A stretch of 62,902 nt of DNA, filler included, from Octopus bimaculoides (taxonomy: Eukaryota): the NCBI RefSeq assembly GCF_001194135.2. It is 4 parts of 4 records of this genome, joined end to end, with 100 filler letters (N's around TTAATTAATTAA, not from the genome) between each part and the next. Parts side by side here need not be neighbours in the genome. Positions count along the whole stretch, not along the records: positions 1 to 18,012 come from NC_068983.1; positions 18,113 to 47,454 come from NC_068984.1; 2 more parts are not named here. One strand, written 5' to 3'. The notes under the pieces are model-generated. The model was given only the letters and a program-made list of their open reading frames with translations, had not been told where the DNA came from and did not search any database. Positions 11,460-25,203 of the stretch are shown piece after piece. Position 1 is the stretch's first letter. The number at the start of each line of letters is the position of its first letter. A program made the position numbers and the translations under genes.

Positions 11460-11853
11460 TGTATGTATGTATACCAGCAAACCTCTGACAAGGCTTGAAG
11501 TCACTGGTGTAATAAATATGCTCGTAACTGAAGTCGAAAAGTACAAAAAAGCTAAGCAAAAACTTTTTATATGAAAAGAGCAGACACATCGGTTTGTTGC
11601 AGCTGGGTACAAGCCCGGATTTGACGAAACCCAACTAGGTCAAGTGGACGAGTTCTATCGTAAGTTAAAAAACTCGAAACCTACTACTCCAGGAACATCA
11701 TACATGATGCATCCCAGAGAGAATTCGTCAGTTGTTTTGGGGGAATCATATATTCTAATTTCAGTCATTAAACTGAAGCCATTTTATTGGGGTACCACCT
11801 TCACGGGTTTAGTCGATAAGTATCGCAGCGCGTGTGTGTGTGTGTGTGCGTGC

Positions 11854-11912
<59 letters not shown>

Positions 11913-12127
11913 TATTTTACTTGTTTCAGCCATTTGACTGCAACCGTATTATGTAAGTATGAATATACGATCACACACACACATACACATACATACACAT
12001 ATACATAGGTAAAGAATAGCATCCGGGTATCAAGTATTCATTGGAAAGTACGTATACTTACAACCAGATTCATATACTTGTGCGTTATACATATAAATAG
12101 TCACGACACGCAAATACATGCACAAAC

Positions 12128-12169
<42 letters not shown>

Positions 12170-13659
12170 TACTTGTTTTCCTGTGTATGCGTTGTATATT
12201 CACGTAATATATAAGTACATAAAGAATGAAATACATAGTGCATGTTAAACAGATTTTTTTAAATACAATATCGAATTTTGCAATAAACCATTTTTTAATA
12301 ATTTTTTTCCCTCAGTTTCTTTTTTATCATGTCTGTTGAATAAAAAAGACATGTAAATATATAAATGTGTCTGCACGGAACCTAAGAATGTAAACACGAA
12401 GGCACTATTTTTTCATTTCGTATGTACGTATGTTACTGCACATTAGTATGTATATATATATAGAATGTCCTTGTGTCCTTGTTTGTTTATATGCTCAACT
12501 GCTTACTGTTTATTTTGGTGTGTCAAACGGGTGTATAAAAATGCAGACTGGTGTATTTAACGCTTGGATCTATTTATAGCTATATGTATGAAAATATAGA
12601 CATGTATGTATGTATGTGCGTATGTATGTATGTATGTATGTATGTATGTATGTATGTATGTATGTGTGTGTGTGTATGCATGCATGTATGTATGTAACTA
12701 TGTATATTCTGGTTATTTTGACAGAGTACAGGATATAATTATGTAACGTGTGTGTGTGTGTGTGTGTAGGTAGGTATATTTATATATCACTCAAAGCAAA
12801 CAAGTGATGAGAGCAGTTAGTGACACTGTCCATTAATGAAAATAATTCGAAAAAGGCAGTACCACAAAATGAAAGCGAGGGGCGAAAAAAAAAAGATGAA
12901 GGATTGGATTTCTAGTTTCAGGGTTATATCCTCTACTTTGAAATGTCTTATATTTCTGTTTGCTTTTATAAATATCAATATTACGACGATAATTATTATT
13001 ATCACCGACGAAGAGACAAGATTGAATACGACGAATAAAAAAACAGGAAAACAGAACGAGCTGGGACAAGATTTATATATATTAACCGTCGAACAGAATG
13101 CTGGGATTGGAATATATGAGGTCACATGATGCATGTGACTACCAATAACGTGTTTCACTATTACTTCAGTGCATTTGCTCGCAATACTGCTTCGTCAATT
13201 GAATTAGCTTTTATTTTTGGCGGTTAGAAATTTTATATATCAGTTTTAATTTAATTAGTATCGCTTATTTATTTATTATTTTTTTTTACTTTAAATTAGA
13301 AAAATGTTACTGAAGTAAAAATAACTTTAAACAAAGGCAAAAGCTTTGCATTCTATTTATAATGGTTATCAGAAATCCGATTTGATGGGACATGGAGATA
13401 AAAAAAACAAAAACTAATTGCTAATTAATGGATGAACATGAGGGAAAACATGAATAATGCAATAATTCTATTAAAACTTTACTTATATACACGAGAAGGG
13501 CAAAATGCCATCTTATTCTCTATCTATCTATCTCCTTACCTCTCCGTCTCTCTTTCTGTCTCTTTCTCTGTCTGTCTGTCTGTCTGTCTCTCTCCCTTTC
13601 TCTCTCTCCACCTCTCTCTCTCCCCCCGTCTCTCTCTCTCCCCGTCTCTCTCTCTCCCC

Positions 13660-13701
<42 letters not shown>

Positions 13702-14256
13702 ATAATGTTTGCTTTTATGACGCGTCATAAATAAAAACAATCTAACATTAAACTGATGAATTAATACTTTTTGTAGAGTACATATTGTACTTTTGCAAGA
13801 GGTTTGACAAGCCTGCTAACCTTCATCGACTGTCGCACGTGCGCGTGTCTATGTGTATGTGTGCGCACGCGCACCCTACCCCCACACCCATCCACCCACC
13901 TACCCCCACACACCCATCCATCCACCTACCCACACACAAATGTATATATTTTAATGCTTGTTTTTATGTGAAATTATATTTTAAAACAATTTAACATTAA
14001 ACTGATAGATTACTCTATATATATTCGTGAATTGCATCATCATTATTTTCAACGGTTGAACGACCTTTCTGTCGCCAACCTTTGTCCGTTTCCAAGCCTA
14101 GTGATATTTTCCATGGACAAACATGTTTTTCACGGAAGACTGGAAACGAACAATATTACTTGTATGAAGATGGCGCTCGTTTACAACCATTATGTGATGT
14201 CAAAACAAAGGTACACACACACACACACACACACACACACTTTCACATATTTAAAC

Positions 14257-14417
14257 GACAGGCTTCTTTTCAGTTTCCGTCTACCAAATCCACTTACAAA
14301 GCTTTCGTCGACTCGGTGCTATTGTTGAAGACATTCAGGATGCTGTACAGTAGACCGAACCCAAAATCACATGGTTGGGAAGCAAACTTCCTAACCATAT
14401 AACCACGCCTGCGCCTA
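14257..14417 (-). mobile_element. SINE family B, 5' half
   Basis: CAGTTTCCGTCTACCAAATCCAC...ACATGGTTGGGAAGCAAAC. Confidence 0.82.
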
Positions 14418-14479
14418 TGTGCATCTTTATTAATTTTTACGAGAGATAATGCAGACAATCACTTTGACCAGGCTGGAGC

Positions 14480-15694
14480 ATTAGGTATTTAGCTTTTTGT
14501 GGAAAGGGTGCGTTCCAATATTCAAGCGGTCAGTCTGTTACCAGCACCTTTTGCGTGGCGGCTTAGGCATGCCATGGCTGCTGATGCACAGACGCGCACT
14601 TAGTTGCTCCATCTGCAACGATTCCTAGACAGTGTGTGTGTGTGAGGGGGTGCACCATTCGTGAGACACATCGTTCCGACGCTCGCCTTCTTGATGGGGC
14701 TGAAGTGCTAGGTGGATGAAAGATCGGGGTTGGGCGCCTGGTACCTATAGTGTCGTCAGGCTCTCACAGCCCTCTACCAGTCGGATAATGGGATCGGTGG
14801 GTGTTCCACTTTAGCAATATATCGAGGATTAGTGACGGGGGAGCGTGACGGCATTCTCAAGGAGACTAGACGTCGATGAAAACGAACTGACTAGACTGTT
14901 GTGGAGGACTTTTCGGACGGAGACTACCATGGATAATTTCCAGAAGTCCTTGGCCTGGATGTACAATCGAGGGGTGCTACCGACTAATGGTACGGATGAG
15001 CGGTCAGACGGGCTTGTTTGAGATGCACACAGAGCGACGAAACCATTCTGCATCTGCACACACTCGTTCAGTGACCAAGCATTGCTGACTTGCGGAGTTT
15101 TGTCGAACAGCTGCTGTCGCGTGTCAGACGTATCCATCAACCGGTCGTTTCCATGGTGAATAGTGCCCTGCTGTACTCTTTTAACTGGGCAGGTAAAGCG
15201 GTTTTCCTTTGTCTGGTGTACGAGGTTGAAAAATATGAGGACAAAGACATTCTTCTTTGGTAGGACCCTCATCTACTTGAAAAAGAAAGTGATCGTGGAG
15301 AGGGAGATGTTGTCCTCGAGTGAATTTATTGAAAGGTGAGTGAAGGTTACGAAAATGGCAAGAGTGGATGGTACCTCTCTAAGTGTAGACCTGTGAGTCG
15401 GAGAGAAAAAATTGGAGAGGGTACTTGCTCAGGGGGTTTCAGGGAAAACTCGGACAGTGGGGTTCCTCGATCATCCCTAGAGACATTCCTGTATCAGGAG
15501 GGCCACATCTCTATCATCCCCCCCACCTTTATTTATTTTTTTTAGCTTTTTATGCTATGCATATGTCTCTTCTTTTCCAGTATATACCGTGTATACTTTT
15601 CTTTTTATAATTTCATTATTATATGTAAACCCCTACACTTTATATGTCTCTGTATTGTCCCCCTCATCCATTGCCCTTGTGGCAAATAAATGAA
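14480..15694 (+). mobile_element. 5'-truncated L1/Tx1-type LINE (end of RT, zf-RVT, 3' UTR)
   Basis: Peptides WKGCVP...RGGLGMPWLL, TMDNFQKSLAW...GVLP and RCTQSDETILH..LVQ*PSIADL; pyrimidine-rich 3' UTR, AATAAA at 15685, (AAT)n tail. Confidence 0.8.
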
Positions 15695-15703
15695 ATAATA
15701 ATG

Positions 15704-15741
<38 letters not shown>

Positions 15742-15758
15742 TATTATTATTATAAAAA

Positions 15759-15925
15759 GGCGGCGAGCTGGCAGAATCGTTAGCACGTTGAAATTCCGAT
15801 AGGGTCGACTTTGCCTTTCATCCTTTTCGAGTTGATTAAATAAATACCAGTTACGCACTGGGATCAATGTAATCGACTTAATCCCTTCCCCCAAATTTGA
15901 GGCCTTGTGCTTCCAGTAGAAAGGA
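15759..15925 (+). mobile_element. SINE family A with internal deletion, flanked by (AAT)n/(ATT)n
   Basis: GGCGGCGAGCTGGCAGAATCGTTAGCACG head. Confidence 0.88.
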
Positions 15926-15931
15926 TTATTA

Positions 15932-16020
<89 letters not shown>

Positions 16021-16039
16021 GTCAGTGTGAAAGGACCAG

Positions 16040-16290
16040 TTCTGAGCATACGCCTGTGAAAAAATTAAAGGAGAAGTGCTCTTGCCTTCTTGATCAGGTA
16101 CCCGTGGCTTTTGTGGGTCTTTTTTCCACGGGAACCTTAGAGCGTCTCCCCTTTTGCGAGTTTTACGTTGTTTAATTTGAATTGTTATTTATTGCTTACA
16201 CGTTGAAAACCCTTTGTCTCGTCTTATGTCATTGTATGTCCTTCAATGCTGTTTTATGTAACCCCTTGTGGCTAATAAAAGAAATAATTA
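16040..16290 (+). mobile_element. Second Tx1-like 3' UTR fragment
   Basis: Ends CCCCTTGTGGCTAATAAAAGAAATAA, like the 15674-15694 terminus. Confidence 0.55.
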
Positions 16291-16544
16291 ATTTATTATT
16301 ATTATTATTATTATTACATTGGAATACAAATATACGAAGCCCAGTATACCCATCATGACTACCTGTCTGATAAGGGTACACCAGGCACATGCATCACAAC
16401 CATATTATAATAATACTAAGTCGGAGAAGAGACTGCATTAACCATGAACTTACCAAGAGCTCTCCAGACTAGTGACGTTGATGAAATCGATCTATTTATT
16501 GATACCTGCAGAAAACACGTGACTAGTGAAAATATGCATATCAG

Positions 16545-16608
16545 TCCTCCCTTTCTTCCTCCTTCACCTGCTCTGCTTCTCTTCTTTTTCTTCTTCTTCC
16601 TTTTCTTC

Positions 16609-16640
<32 letters not shown>

Positions 16641-17245
16641 CTTCTTCTTCTTCTTCTTTCATCTTCCATCTCCTCCCCTCCTCCCCTCCCCTCCCCTCTC
16701 ACCCCTCTCNNNNNNNNNNNNNNNNNNNNNNNNNNNNNNNNNNNNNNNNNNNNNNNNNNNNNNNNNNNNNNNNNNNNNNNNNNNNNNNNNNNNNNNNNNN
16801 NNNNNNNNNNNNNNNNNNNNNNNNNNNNNNNNNNNNNNNNNNNNNNNNNNNNNNNNNNNNNNNNNNNNNNNNNNNNNNNNNNNNNNNNNNNNNNNNNNNN
16901 NNNNNNNNNNNNNNNNNNNNNNNNNNNNNNNNNNNNNNNNNNNNNNNNNNNNNNNNNNNNNNNNNNNNNNNNNNNNNNNNCTCCTCTCCCTCTCCTCCCG
17001 TCTCCCCTCCCTCTCCCCTCCCTCTCCCGTCCTCCTCATCCCATTCTACTCCTCGTCTCCGTTCTCATCCTCCCTGTCTTCCTCCTCCCTGTCTTCCCCC
17101 TACCTGTCTTCCCTCTCCCTATCTTCCTTCTCCCCGTCCTCGTCCTTTCTTCCTCATCCTTCCCTTCATTCTCGTCTTCCTTTCTTTCCCATCGTTCCCC
17201 CTCTTCCTTCTTCACTTCTTTCTCTCCTTCCTCCTCCTCCTCCTC
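16545..17245. repeat. Polypyrimidine (CTT)n/(CT)-rich tract spanning an N gap
   Basis: Direct reading. Confidence 0.92.
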
Positions 17246-17445
17246 TAACACACGTTCATTTCCAAACACGTGAATATTATCTCTCTATTTATCTCTAGAC
17301 TTTAACCCGTCCTTCAGTTTAGTACCTTTATCTGGTTCTTCGATATCTTTAGAGGGATCCAGGTGCCCCCTATCTTCAAGAACTCTTCTCAAATTCCATG
17401 AAAGTGTGCCGTCGTTTTTGTATTATTATCCATCTAAGCCACGAG

Positions 17446-17484
<39 letters not shown>

Positions 17485-17654
17485 CGCGCGCACGACCGTA
17501 TGTGTGCGCGTGCATGTGTGTGTGTGTATATATACACATATATAATACACACACACACATATACGCACACAAATGCGTATACATGTGCATATATCTGTGT
17601 ATATATAAATATATATATATACATATGCATGTGTATGTGTATGTATATATATAT

Positions 17655-18012
17655 TGCTGCAATTGAGCGCTGCGTTCGGCGGCAAAACATCCTTTTCATG
17701 CACGAGAAGAACCATCTTTGGTTTATTTTACCATTTGGTAAAAATGTAAAGTCGAATTTGGTAGCTCAGTTTAGGGAGGTAATTAGTAAGCATTTCCCTA
17801 CAAATTCGCGTTACGGTAAAATTATTAATACGCATAGTGTTAGGTTTGGTTTTTCCAATACTAAGAACCTAGAGCAGATTATTGCAGCACATAATTCTAA
17901 AGTTCTTAAGACAGGCATGAATGGAATGAATAGGGATGAGGACCCTCACTTAGGTAATAATATTATAGGTTCTAAAATTGAGGTAACTGAGATTAATCCC
18001 AGGAGGTTAAAG
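17655..18012 (+). mobile_element. Penelope-like element fragment (RT to GIY-YIG linker)
   Basis: KNHLWFILPFGKNVKSNLVAQFREVISKHFP...KIINTHSVRFGFSNTKNLEQIIAAHNSKVL matches the PLE motif RNIIWFNPPF.KNV.TNI...F..LI.KHFP....KIFNRN.....YSCMPN...II..HN.K.L. Confidence 0.8.
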
Positions 18013-18112
18013 NNNNNNNNNNNNNNNNNNNNNNNNNNNNNNNNNNNNNNNNNNNNTTAATTAATTAANNNNNNNNNNNNNNNNNNNNNNNNNNNNNNNN
18101 NNNNNNNNNNNN
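18013..18112. other. Artificial scaffolding spacer N44-TTAATTAATTAA-N44
   Basis: Exactly 44+12+44 = 100 nt; identical structure at 47455 and 48750. Confidence 0.95.
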
Positions 18113-18153
<41 letters not shown>

Positions 18154-19359
18154 TTATATATATTATATATTTCGATACTTTGATAGGTTTCGGCTAGTAT
18201 CGGACCACGCCATGTCTAACTTAATAGCACCACCTGGCGAAGTCATTCAAATAATGAATCGGACAACATGGCCCGCTCGAGTAGGGAGTTATTTTTACAG
18301 AGACATATCCCGCTGTAGGAAGTTTATCCGGGATTCCTTGAAGAAATTTGTTCAAAGAATTATTGAAATTTATGTGGTCTGTTTCTGTTTTAATGTGTTT
18401 TGGTGTAACGCTAAAGAGAGCGGGGCCAATTTTAAGTGAAATAATTGTACCGTATTGTTATGTGATGTGAGTATGATTTATGTTGTGGGCGGATAGCACA
18501 GGACCCAAGTCATGGGTGCATCTTAAAAGTGATGCCAACATCATTTGGGCGACGCTGATGGAATTCCGTTATGAATATTTTGGTAAAAGAGGGGCTCATC
18601 AAGATATGATAAAATGTATTTTATTAATTTTTGAAATACAACATAAAGTATTACACAAATCTGCCGGACTCTATTCACACGCGCGCGCGTGAACACACAC
18701 ACACTCACACACACACACACACACACACGGATATATGCCTGAATCTTTATATACAGATAGATAAACTGAACTGAAATAGAGATAGCTTGATAGATAGGAA
18801 AATAAAGAAATGGAGAAAAACTGGCAGAAAAAATTGGAAAAAAAATCGTCAGATTATATTTATGTAAAAATTTTTTCTTTTTGGAATAAGTTTCTTTTTT
18901 TCTTTAGATATTTTTTTTTTTTTTGTTTAGAAATGAGAAATATTTAGATAAAAAAAATTTTCCGAACTGTTAAACTCATCTTTTCTGCTTTTTCCCTAAA
19001 ACACTCCTTTCTGAATGCTTTGATTTCCATTCATCTTTCGGTACCGTATATGTCGTGTTTATGTTGGAATTCTGCGTGAAACATAGGCTCATGATTTAAA
19101 TCTCAGTCAGTGCAGACACAGAAAAACAGTAAAATATAACATGAGACGTTATTGCGAACGAAGATCAAACCTTTTCGAATAAGACGAAAAGAAAATAGAT
19201 TAAAAACACCGAGGCATGTTTCCCTAAGTACAAACTAAATTTTAGTTATATGAACTTATCTCAAAAGGGAAATCAAATCTATTTGAACTTTATGACTAAA
19301 TCACTCCTGAAATTGGTGGATCGTTAGAATATATTATGGACATGTTTATTTTTAAAACT

Positions 19360-19512
<153 letters not shown>

Positions 19513-19599
19513 TTTCTTTATTAGCCACAAAGTTGGAAAAATACAAAGAAACGTTCAACATGAGTCTTATAACGACGTAGTGGGTGGAGTAGAGAAATT

Positions 19600-20450
19600 A
19601 TTAAAAACGAGAGATGTGAAAGACGTTATGCTATTTATAAGCAGAGGAATTAAAAATTTATGAAACATCTGTATAGTTCTGTAACATATCATCCTAGCGT
19701 GCTTTTTTGGCTTCACCCTCAGTTTTAACCAATATGCACAGAGGTACAAAGCCCTGCTCTGGGCGATGGAAGATATATTATTATGCACATCAGCCTTCAC
19801 TTGTTTCTGACGGAGCAAATAAATCCTCTCTGTTTATAGCAAGCCAGAGATACGCTGCTCCTCGTCTCACTGGTTCTTCGATATCTTCAAAAGGCAAAGA
19901 GGTATTATTTTTCGGAACGTACCTATCCCATTTTCTTCCTGAAAATCGATCTGTTTCAATTGTTTTCTTTTGGTTAGTAATTCTAGCCAAAAGGAAACTA
20001 ACCTTTTTAACCAATGTGGACAGAGTTACGTAGGCCCTGCCCTGGTCGATGGAAGAGATATTAGTAATTACTGCAATTACTGTTATAAACAATATCGTTG
20101 TTTTTATATATTTAAGCCTGAATTTATTTGGTGTCTGTTTGCTCGATGTCATTAAATTTTCTTTTTCTTTACTGCTTATCATTTTTAAGCAGCACATTTC
20201 ACATCTTGCTCATCTTCAAACAGAGATTTTAGAGGCATTCAGCTTCGTGGATCGTCAAAATTGCACTTTCACATCTTCTATTGTACAACACACATTTATT
20301 GAACTCTGGTATTACCAGCAAGTTACTCGGTTAGAAGTCCACTGTCCATATTCTACGTACAGTTGTAGACCTACAGGAATTTAACTTCCAAATGAATCCA
20401 TATTCTCAGACTGGGAAAAAATCATGAGCACTGTAACATTTTGTCTCGTT
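19600..20450 (-). mobile_element. Decayed Dong/R4-type LINE, region after the RT
   Basis: FEDIEEPVRRGAAYLWLAINREDLFAPSETSEG resembles HG.F..DIE.....SY.WL..GDL..ETEG; CILVKTEGEAKKHARMIC resembles C..LA..EY..RHD.V; many stops. Confidence 0.5.
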
Positions 20451-20702
20451 GATTTGCTCAAATCCTCATCATATCATCTTCATCATGATCAAGAGAATGC
20501 CAGCGTAACATTAATTTTCATTTATTCTTTTCCTTCTAAGTTCTGGATTCAGACATATTCCATTCAGATTATTGTAGCGTTTCATCCCTTGAGAAGTGTT
20601 AAAATAAATAACAGTAATATTGGGTAGAATTATCATTTCTTACTCACCCATTCTCTCCCCCCTTCTCTCTCTCAATATAATGTTCTTTCCAAATATTAGC
20701 CT

Positions 20703-20740
<38 letters not shown>

Positions 20741-20772
20741 CCCTTGGCCGCGTTCCACTTAGACCCACTCCT

Positions 20773-20830
<58 letters not shown>

Positions 20831-23764
20831 TTATTATTATTATCATTATCATTATTATTAAATAAATATAAGAACCCCCACCATGATGCTAGAATTCAAA
20901 CAAAACTTTGTTTATTTATCAGCCTTCAAAGGTAATTTCATATACAACATAAGACCCTCGAGAGTTTTGTGGTTATGTTTCAAGCGATGGTTTAGCACAT
21001 AAGAAGTTTCCTAACTCTTTATCATGTATTCATTGGATTAATACAAAATGAGGAAAATATATTACTATCCAACAGTTGGTTTCAACCACGAATACAATAA
21101 TGGCACAAGGTGACAAAATAGCAGAATCAATAGATCGTCTGATTTACTGTCTTGCGATATTCATTCCAACTCGTTGACTCTGGGTTCGAATCACTATGAA
21201 GTTACTTGGCCTTTCTTTTTTCCTTTGGAGTGTATTTGGAATTCAAAGGTTCAGCATTGTCCACTAGAAATCTGTGTAAAGGCCACACGTTTCTCCGAAA
21301 TATTCAGTCGGTTATACATTAATTTCACATGCAGGAAGTAAGTTAGTTAACGTTCATCAGGAATACCGACGAAGAATCCACCAGCAATTTTAGGATTCGC
21401 ATAATCTCATCGTACAAATAATAATAATCACAATTATATTCCTTCCAAACATGCATCTTTATTTTATATCAAAACATTATATAGCAATTAGTTATACCAT
21501 TAACTTAACTTTGTTTATTTGCTTTCTCTATTTTTTATTTATTGTAATTTAGTTTATTGGTACATCTTCACAAGTTCTAAACCACTTTTATGCGAATGTT
21601 GTAAAGTTGTAGTAACTAAGCTGCTGACAACCAGAATGAGTCTGTGACACATTCAAGTCGGAGTTGAGTAATTTTATCACATTTACTAGACTGTGCCAAT
21701 CATTTCCAACCGAGGATACTTTTTTAAAATCCATCTTATCAAAAGAATGTCTTCAATATTGAACTAACAACCTGTTATTTTGTTTTAAAAACACTGTAAA
21801 TTAGAATAATTTTGTAGTATTATCTATCGTTTTGTAACTTTAGCAATCAAGAGTATTGTAGCGTAATTATCAATACTGGTGTATCGCGTTTCCCGAGCTC
21901 GTTTTAGTTTCTCTTCAAGGCTACCTGTCTTCCCTTAGTTCGCTAATATCACAGAGATAGACATAAAACTGTTTCCCTATTTCAATAAGTTCAAAGCTTA
22001 AGGCGTTAATCTATGGGCAAGTAACAATGAATCTGTTTCGGTATTAAAAACTGTTCGTCTCCTTTAAGTACACCATAGCTATTAGAACTATTTTCTATTT
22101 GTACCAGTCAAAAATTAAATACATAAAAGAAAATATAGGGGCGGGTTTTTTAAATGCTTCACGTTAGGAATTTTACTTGGAAGATTAAATCTCTTAATTT
22201 AATATATAGAAACACTAATTTTGAAAGTTCTTTTGCAATAAAGAGAAACCTACGTTCTTTTCCTCTTTGATCTTAACGTAATTATATTTAATGTTTTTGG
22301 CAAACTCTTGAAAGAAGCCAATAATATTCTTTTATTTTCTTTCCTTGGATCTATTAATATTCTGCGAGCTATTCCTAATATACAACATTCTTTAAATTAA
22401 AATGTTTAAAATGGATACTCGCAAAAAATGGCTACTTTAATGAGAATATTTAAGAAAAAATATTTTTTTATCTACTGTTTGTATTTTTCAATATGGGAGT
22501 TTTTTTTCATTACTGATGAAATTTTTAGAGAGTAAAGTTGGATACAATGATATTTTCTTTTCTGAGGAATTATGTTATTCAACTTAAATTTTAGATCAGT
22601 GTAAGTATGCACATAAAATTATTATCCTTCTTAAAAGTCAGCCATGATGTGATGAATGCATCACTAACAAGATATATTAATCACTGAACTAGAAGCATTT
22701 TATTTTATCGACACCGAAGAAATTAAAAGATTTGAACTCAAAACTTAAAGAAATGTACCTGCACAACGCAACGAAATTTATCTGACGCTCCAACGATTCT
22801 ACTAATCTACCACCCTTACGTAATACAAAAGTGAATTGATTTATTTATTTTTTTCATTAGTCGACTGAATGTTCTGAATGTTTTTCCAAAATATCATTTC
22901 AGTATACAAATAGTTTAAGTATAAGCTCTATAAGTCTTTCATGCTCATTGGAGAAATGACTTATTATTACTACATGTGTAATATACCATTTCTTACATGA
23001 TATGCTGCCCCATTTTCTCCGTAAAACTTCAACGCAAGTGTTATAAATATTTATAGAAATAATACTCAGGTCAATGGTTACCTCTTTTTCAGTAAATGAC
23101 TTGACTGAAAGTACAACGCATCCGCTGTAGTTGAATACGAAGTCTTAATTTACCAATTGAATTACGAGCAGAGACGTAACGAAATCAGTTCTGCCACAAG
23201 TTTAGTATCACACATTTCCTTCCAATTTATTAGAATTAAGGGAAGAAATGATGAATGAACATAGTAACTTGCTGGTAGATGTTTTTGATTTAAAATAATT
23301 CAGGAATAAAGGATCAGAGCTTGTCAAGAGTTAGATTCAAAGAGATAGTAATATTGAGCTGCATAAACATTTTAAGCTTCCAAATTTAATCCAAAGTTGG
23401 TAACAGCCCGATGTGTTAGGACCCCTCTTGTTTAACAGTACACGGATATGCTCTATTTTTTATTCAAATATTTACAGTTCTACTTTTAACAGCTTTGAAT
23501 ATGAATGAACAGTTTTATCTTGACAGTAAATGTGGTATGTTTTGAACGGTAGCATCAACTGCTTTCGGTGTTCTTGCAAGGTACAATTATTATCAATAAC
23601 AGACAAGAGTCTTTACAAACAAGCAGTGTTGTGATGAAGTAAAGACAAAAATATCTACCATAGCTTAAATTTCTTAGTTTTGTTTCTTCTTTTTCTTCTT
23701 CTTTGTCATCGTCATCATTAATGAGTGAGAGAGCAGTGCATGCAATCAAAGTAACACTGAGGTA

Positions 23765-23945
23765 CAAATATACGAAGCTCAATATACCCATCACGACTAC
23801 CCATCTGAAAAGGGTACACTAGGCACATACATCACAGCCATACGTGCGCGACAGGGTAATCTCATATCAAGATAAACAGCGCATGACCTTGCAGGTGGGG
23901 ACCCAGTTAGAATTTTCTTCTGGTCGAGAAACCCATCCTTGGCCT
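23765..23945. mobile_element. Interspersed repeat fragment (second copy at 16325-16405)
   Basis: Shared AATATACGAAGC..AGTATACCCATCA.GACTACC..TCTGA.AAGGGTACAC.AGGCACAT.CATCAC. Confidence 0.7.
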
Positions 23946-24589
23946 TTTTGTGGCAGTATTTCTTTTGCTGAAAGCAGTTCTTCTCGTCACCTTTTTTTCT
24001 CTATATTCTCTCTTCAGCTTTCTTCCCTTTCTGGTTTTTATATTGTTTCCATGGATTAGTTCATTCAATATTGATATTTTACCTCTCATTATTTCAATCT
24101 CTTTTTCAGTTTTACTTTTCCAGTTTGGAATTCTTCTCAGGTTTGTATTTGTTTTTTTTTTCAAAGGCATACAACTGGTTTCAATTTTCTTAGCAGCTGC
24201 GTAAATAATTTTGTTTAATCCAATGAGATCTGGTTTTAGTTCTTGTATAATTTCTTTTGTTACATAGTTTTCAATTTTAATTTGTTTTCTATTTTGGATT
24301 GTATTTGAGAGTTTATGAAGTGATTCCCTATCATGCATCTTGGCGTATCTTACAACTTCAAGCTTATTCAGGATTTTCTGCTTCATTGCTATCATAAACT
24401 CTCTATATTCTTCAGTAAGTGTGCAGTCTTCAAATATTGTGTCTTTACCACTTTCCTCGCTATCTTTATCAGGTTCATTACAATTTATTTCCTCAGACGT
24501 TTGCGTGTTCTGGTCAGATGGCAGTCTTTTAATTGAGACTCGTGGAGAGGGGCTTTCTTCGTCTGGTTCTTCATTTCCTTTCTGTCTTC

Positions 24590-24590
<1 letters not shown>
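23945..24590 (-). mobile_element. Older Dong/R4 LINE, N-terminal ORF region
   Basis: Open frame from poly-Asn: NNNRRQKGNEEP...MIAMKQK...LIGLNKIIYAAA...PNWKSKTEKEIEIMRGKIS.L, the typical P.WK.RL...I..LR..IS motif. Confidence 0.7.
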
Positions 24591-24650
<60 letters not shown>

Positions 24651-24669
24651 GTTGTTGTTGTTGTTGTTT

Positions 24670-25135
24670 TACTTCTCATTGCGCTCGGTTTTGTTTGCTC
24701 TGGTTGATTCTGTGAGAGCGGACATCAGCGTGTTGTCAGAGGTCTCACAGGGTCTCTTTCCGCACATTATAAGCTTTGATATTTGGTTGTTAATTCTTGT
24801 AGAAGACATTCAACACCCAAGTACCAATCTCAAAATCCTAGCTGTCCCCAGCAAAGCAGTTTCTTGGGCTTGCTCTGCTCTCATGTCAATTCCGATTTCT
24901 CTGACATATTTCTCGAACTTGGCTCTTTGTGTTCCGAGTGCCCCTGCAGTTACTGAGATAACATAGACTCTCCTCATAGTCCACATTCTTGCAATTTGGT
25001 TTTTTAGTGGTCTGTACCTTTCAATCTTTTCTAGTTATTTGTCACCTATGCGTGCATCCACGGGTATTGCAATATCTATAATCTTGGTTTCCTTTTTTTC
25101 CTTTATCTACTACAATAGTGTGCAGTTTCCGAGCA

Positions 25136-25136
<1 letters not shown>
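24670..25136 (-). mobile_element. 5'-truncated Dong/R4 LINE 3' end (REL endonuclease plus 3' UTR), flanked by (AAT)n on both sides
   Basis: KIIDIAIPVDARIGDK*LEKIERYRPL...GALGT...ETALLGTARILRLVLGC*; tail (AAC)n(AAT)n at 24591-24669; (AAT)n at 25137-25216. Confidence 0.88.

Positions 25137-25203
<67 letters not shown>

Noticed and set aside
11620-11700. Hammerhead-like pieces (GACGAGTT...AACTCGAAACC, TAGGTC)
   Set aside because: The core reads TGGACGA rather than CTGANGA and there is no stem I; at best a very decayed relic.
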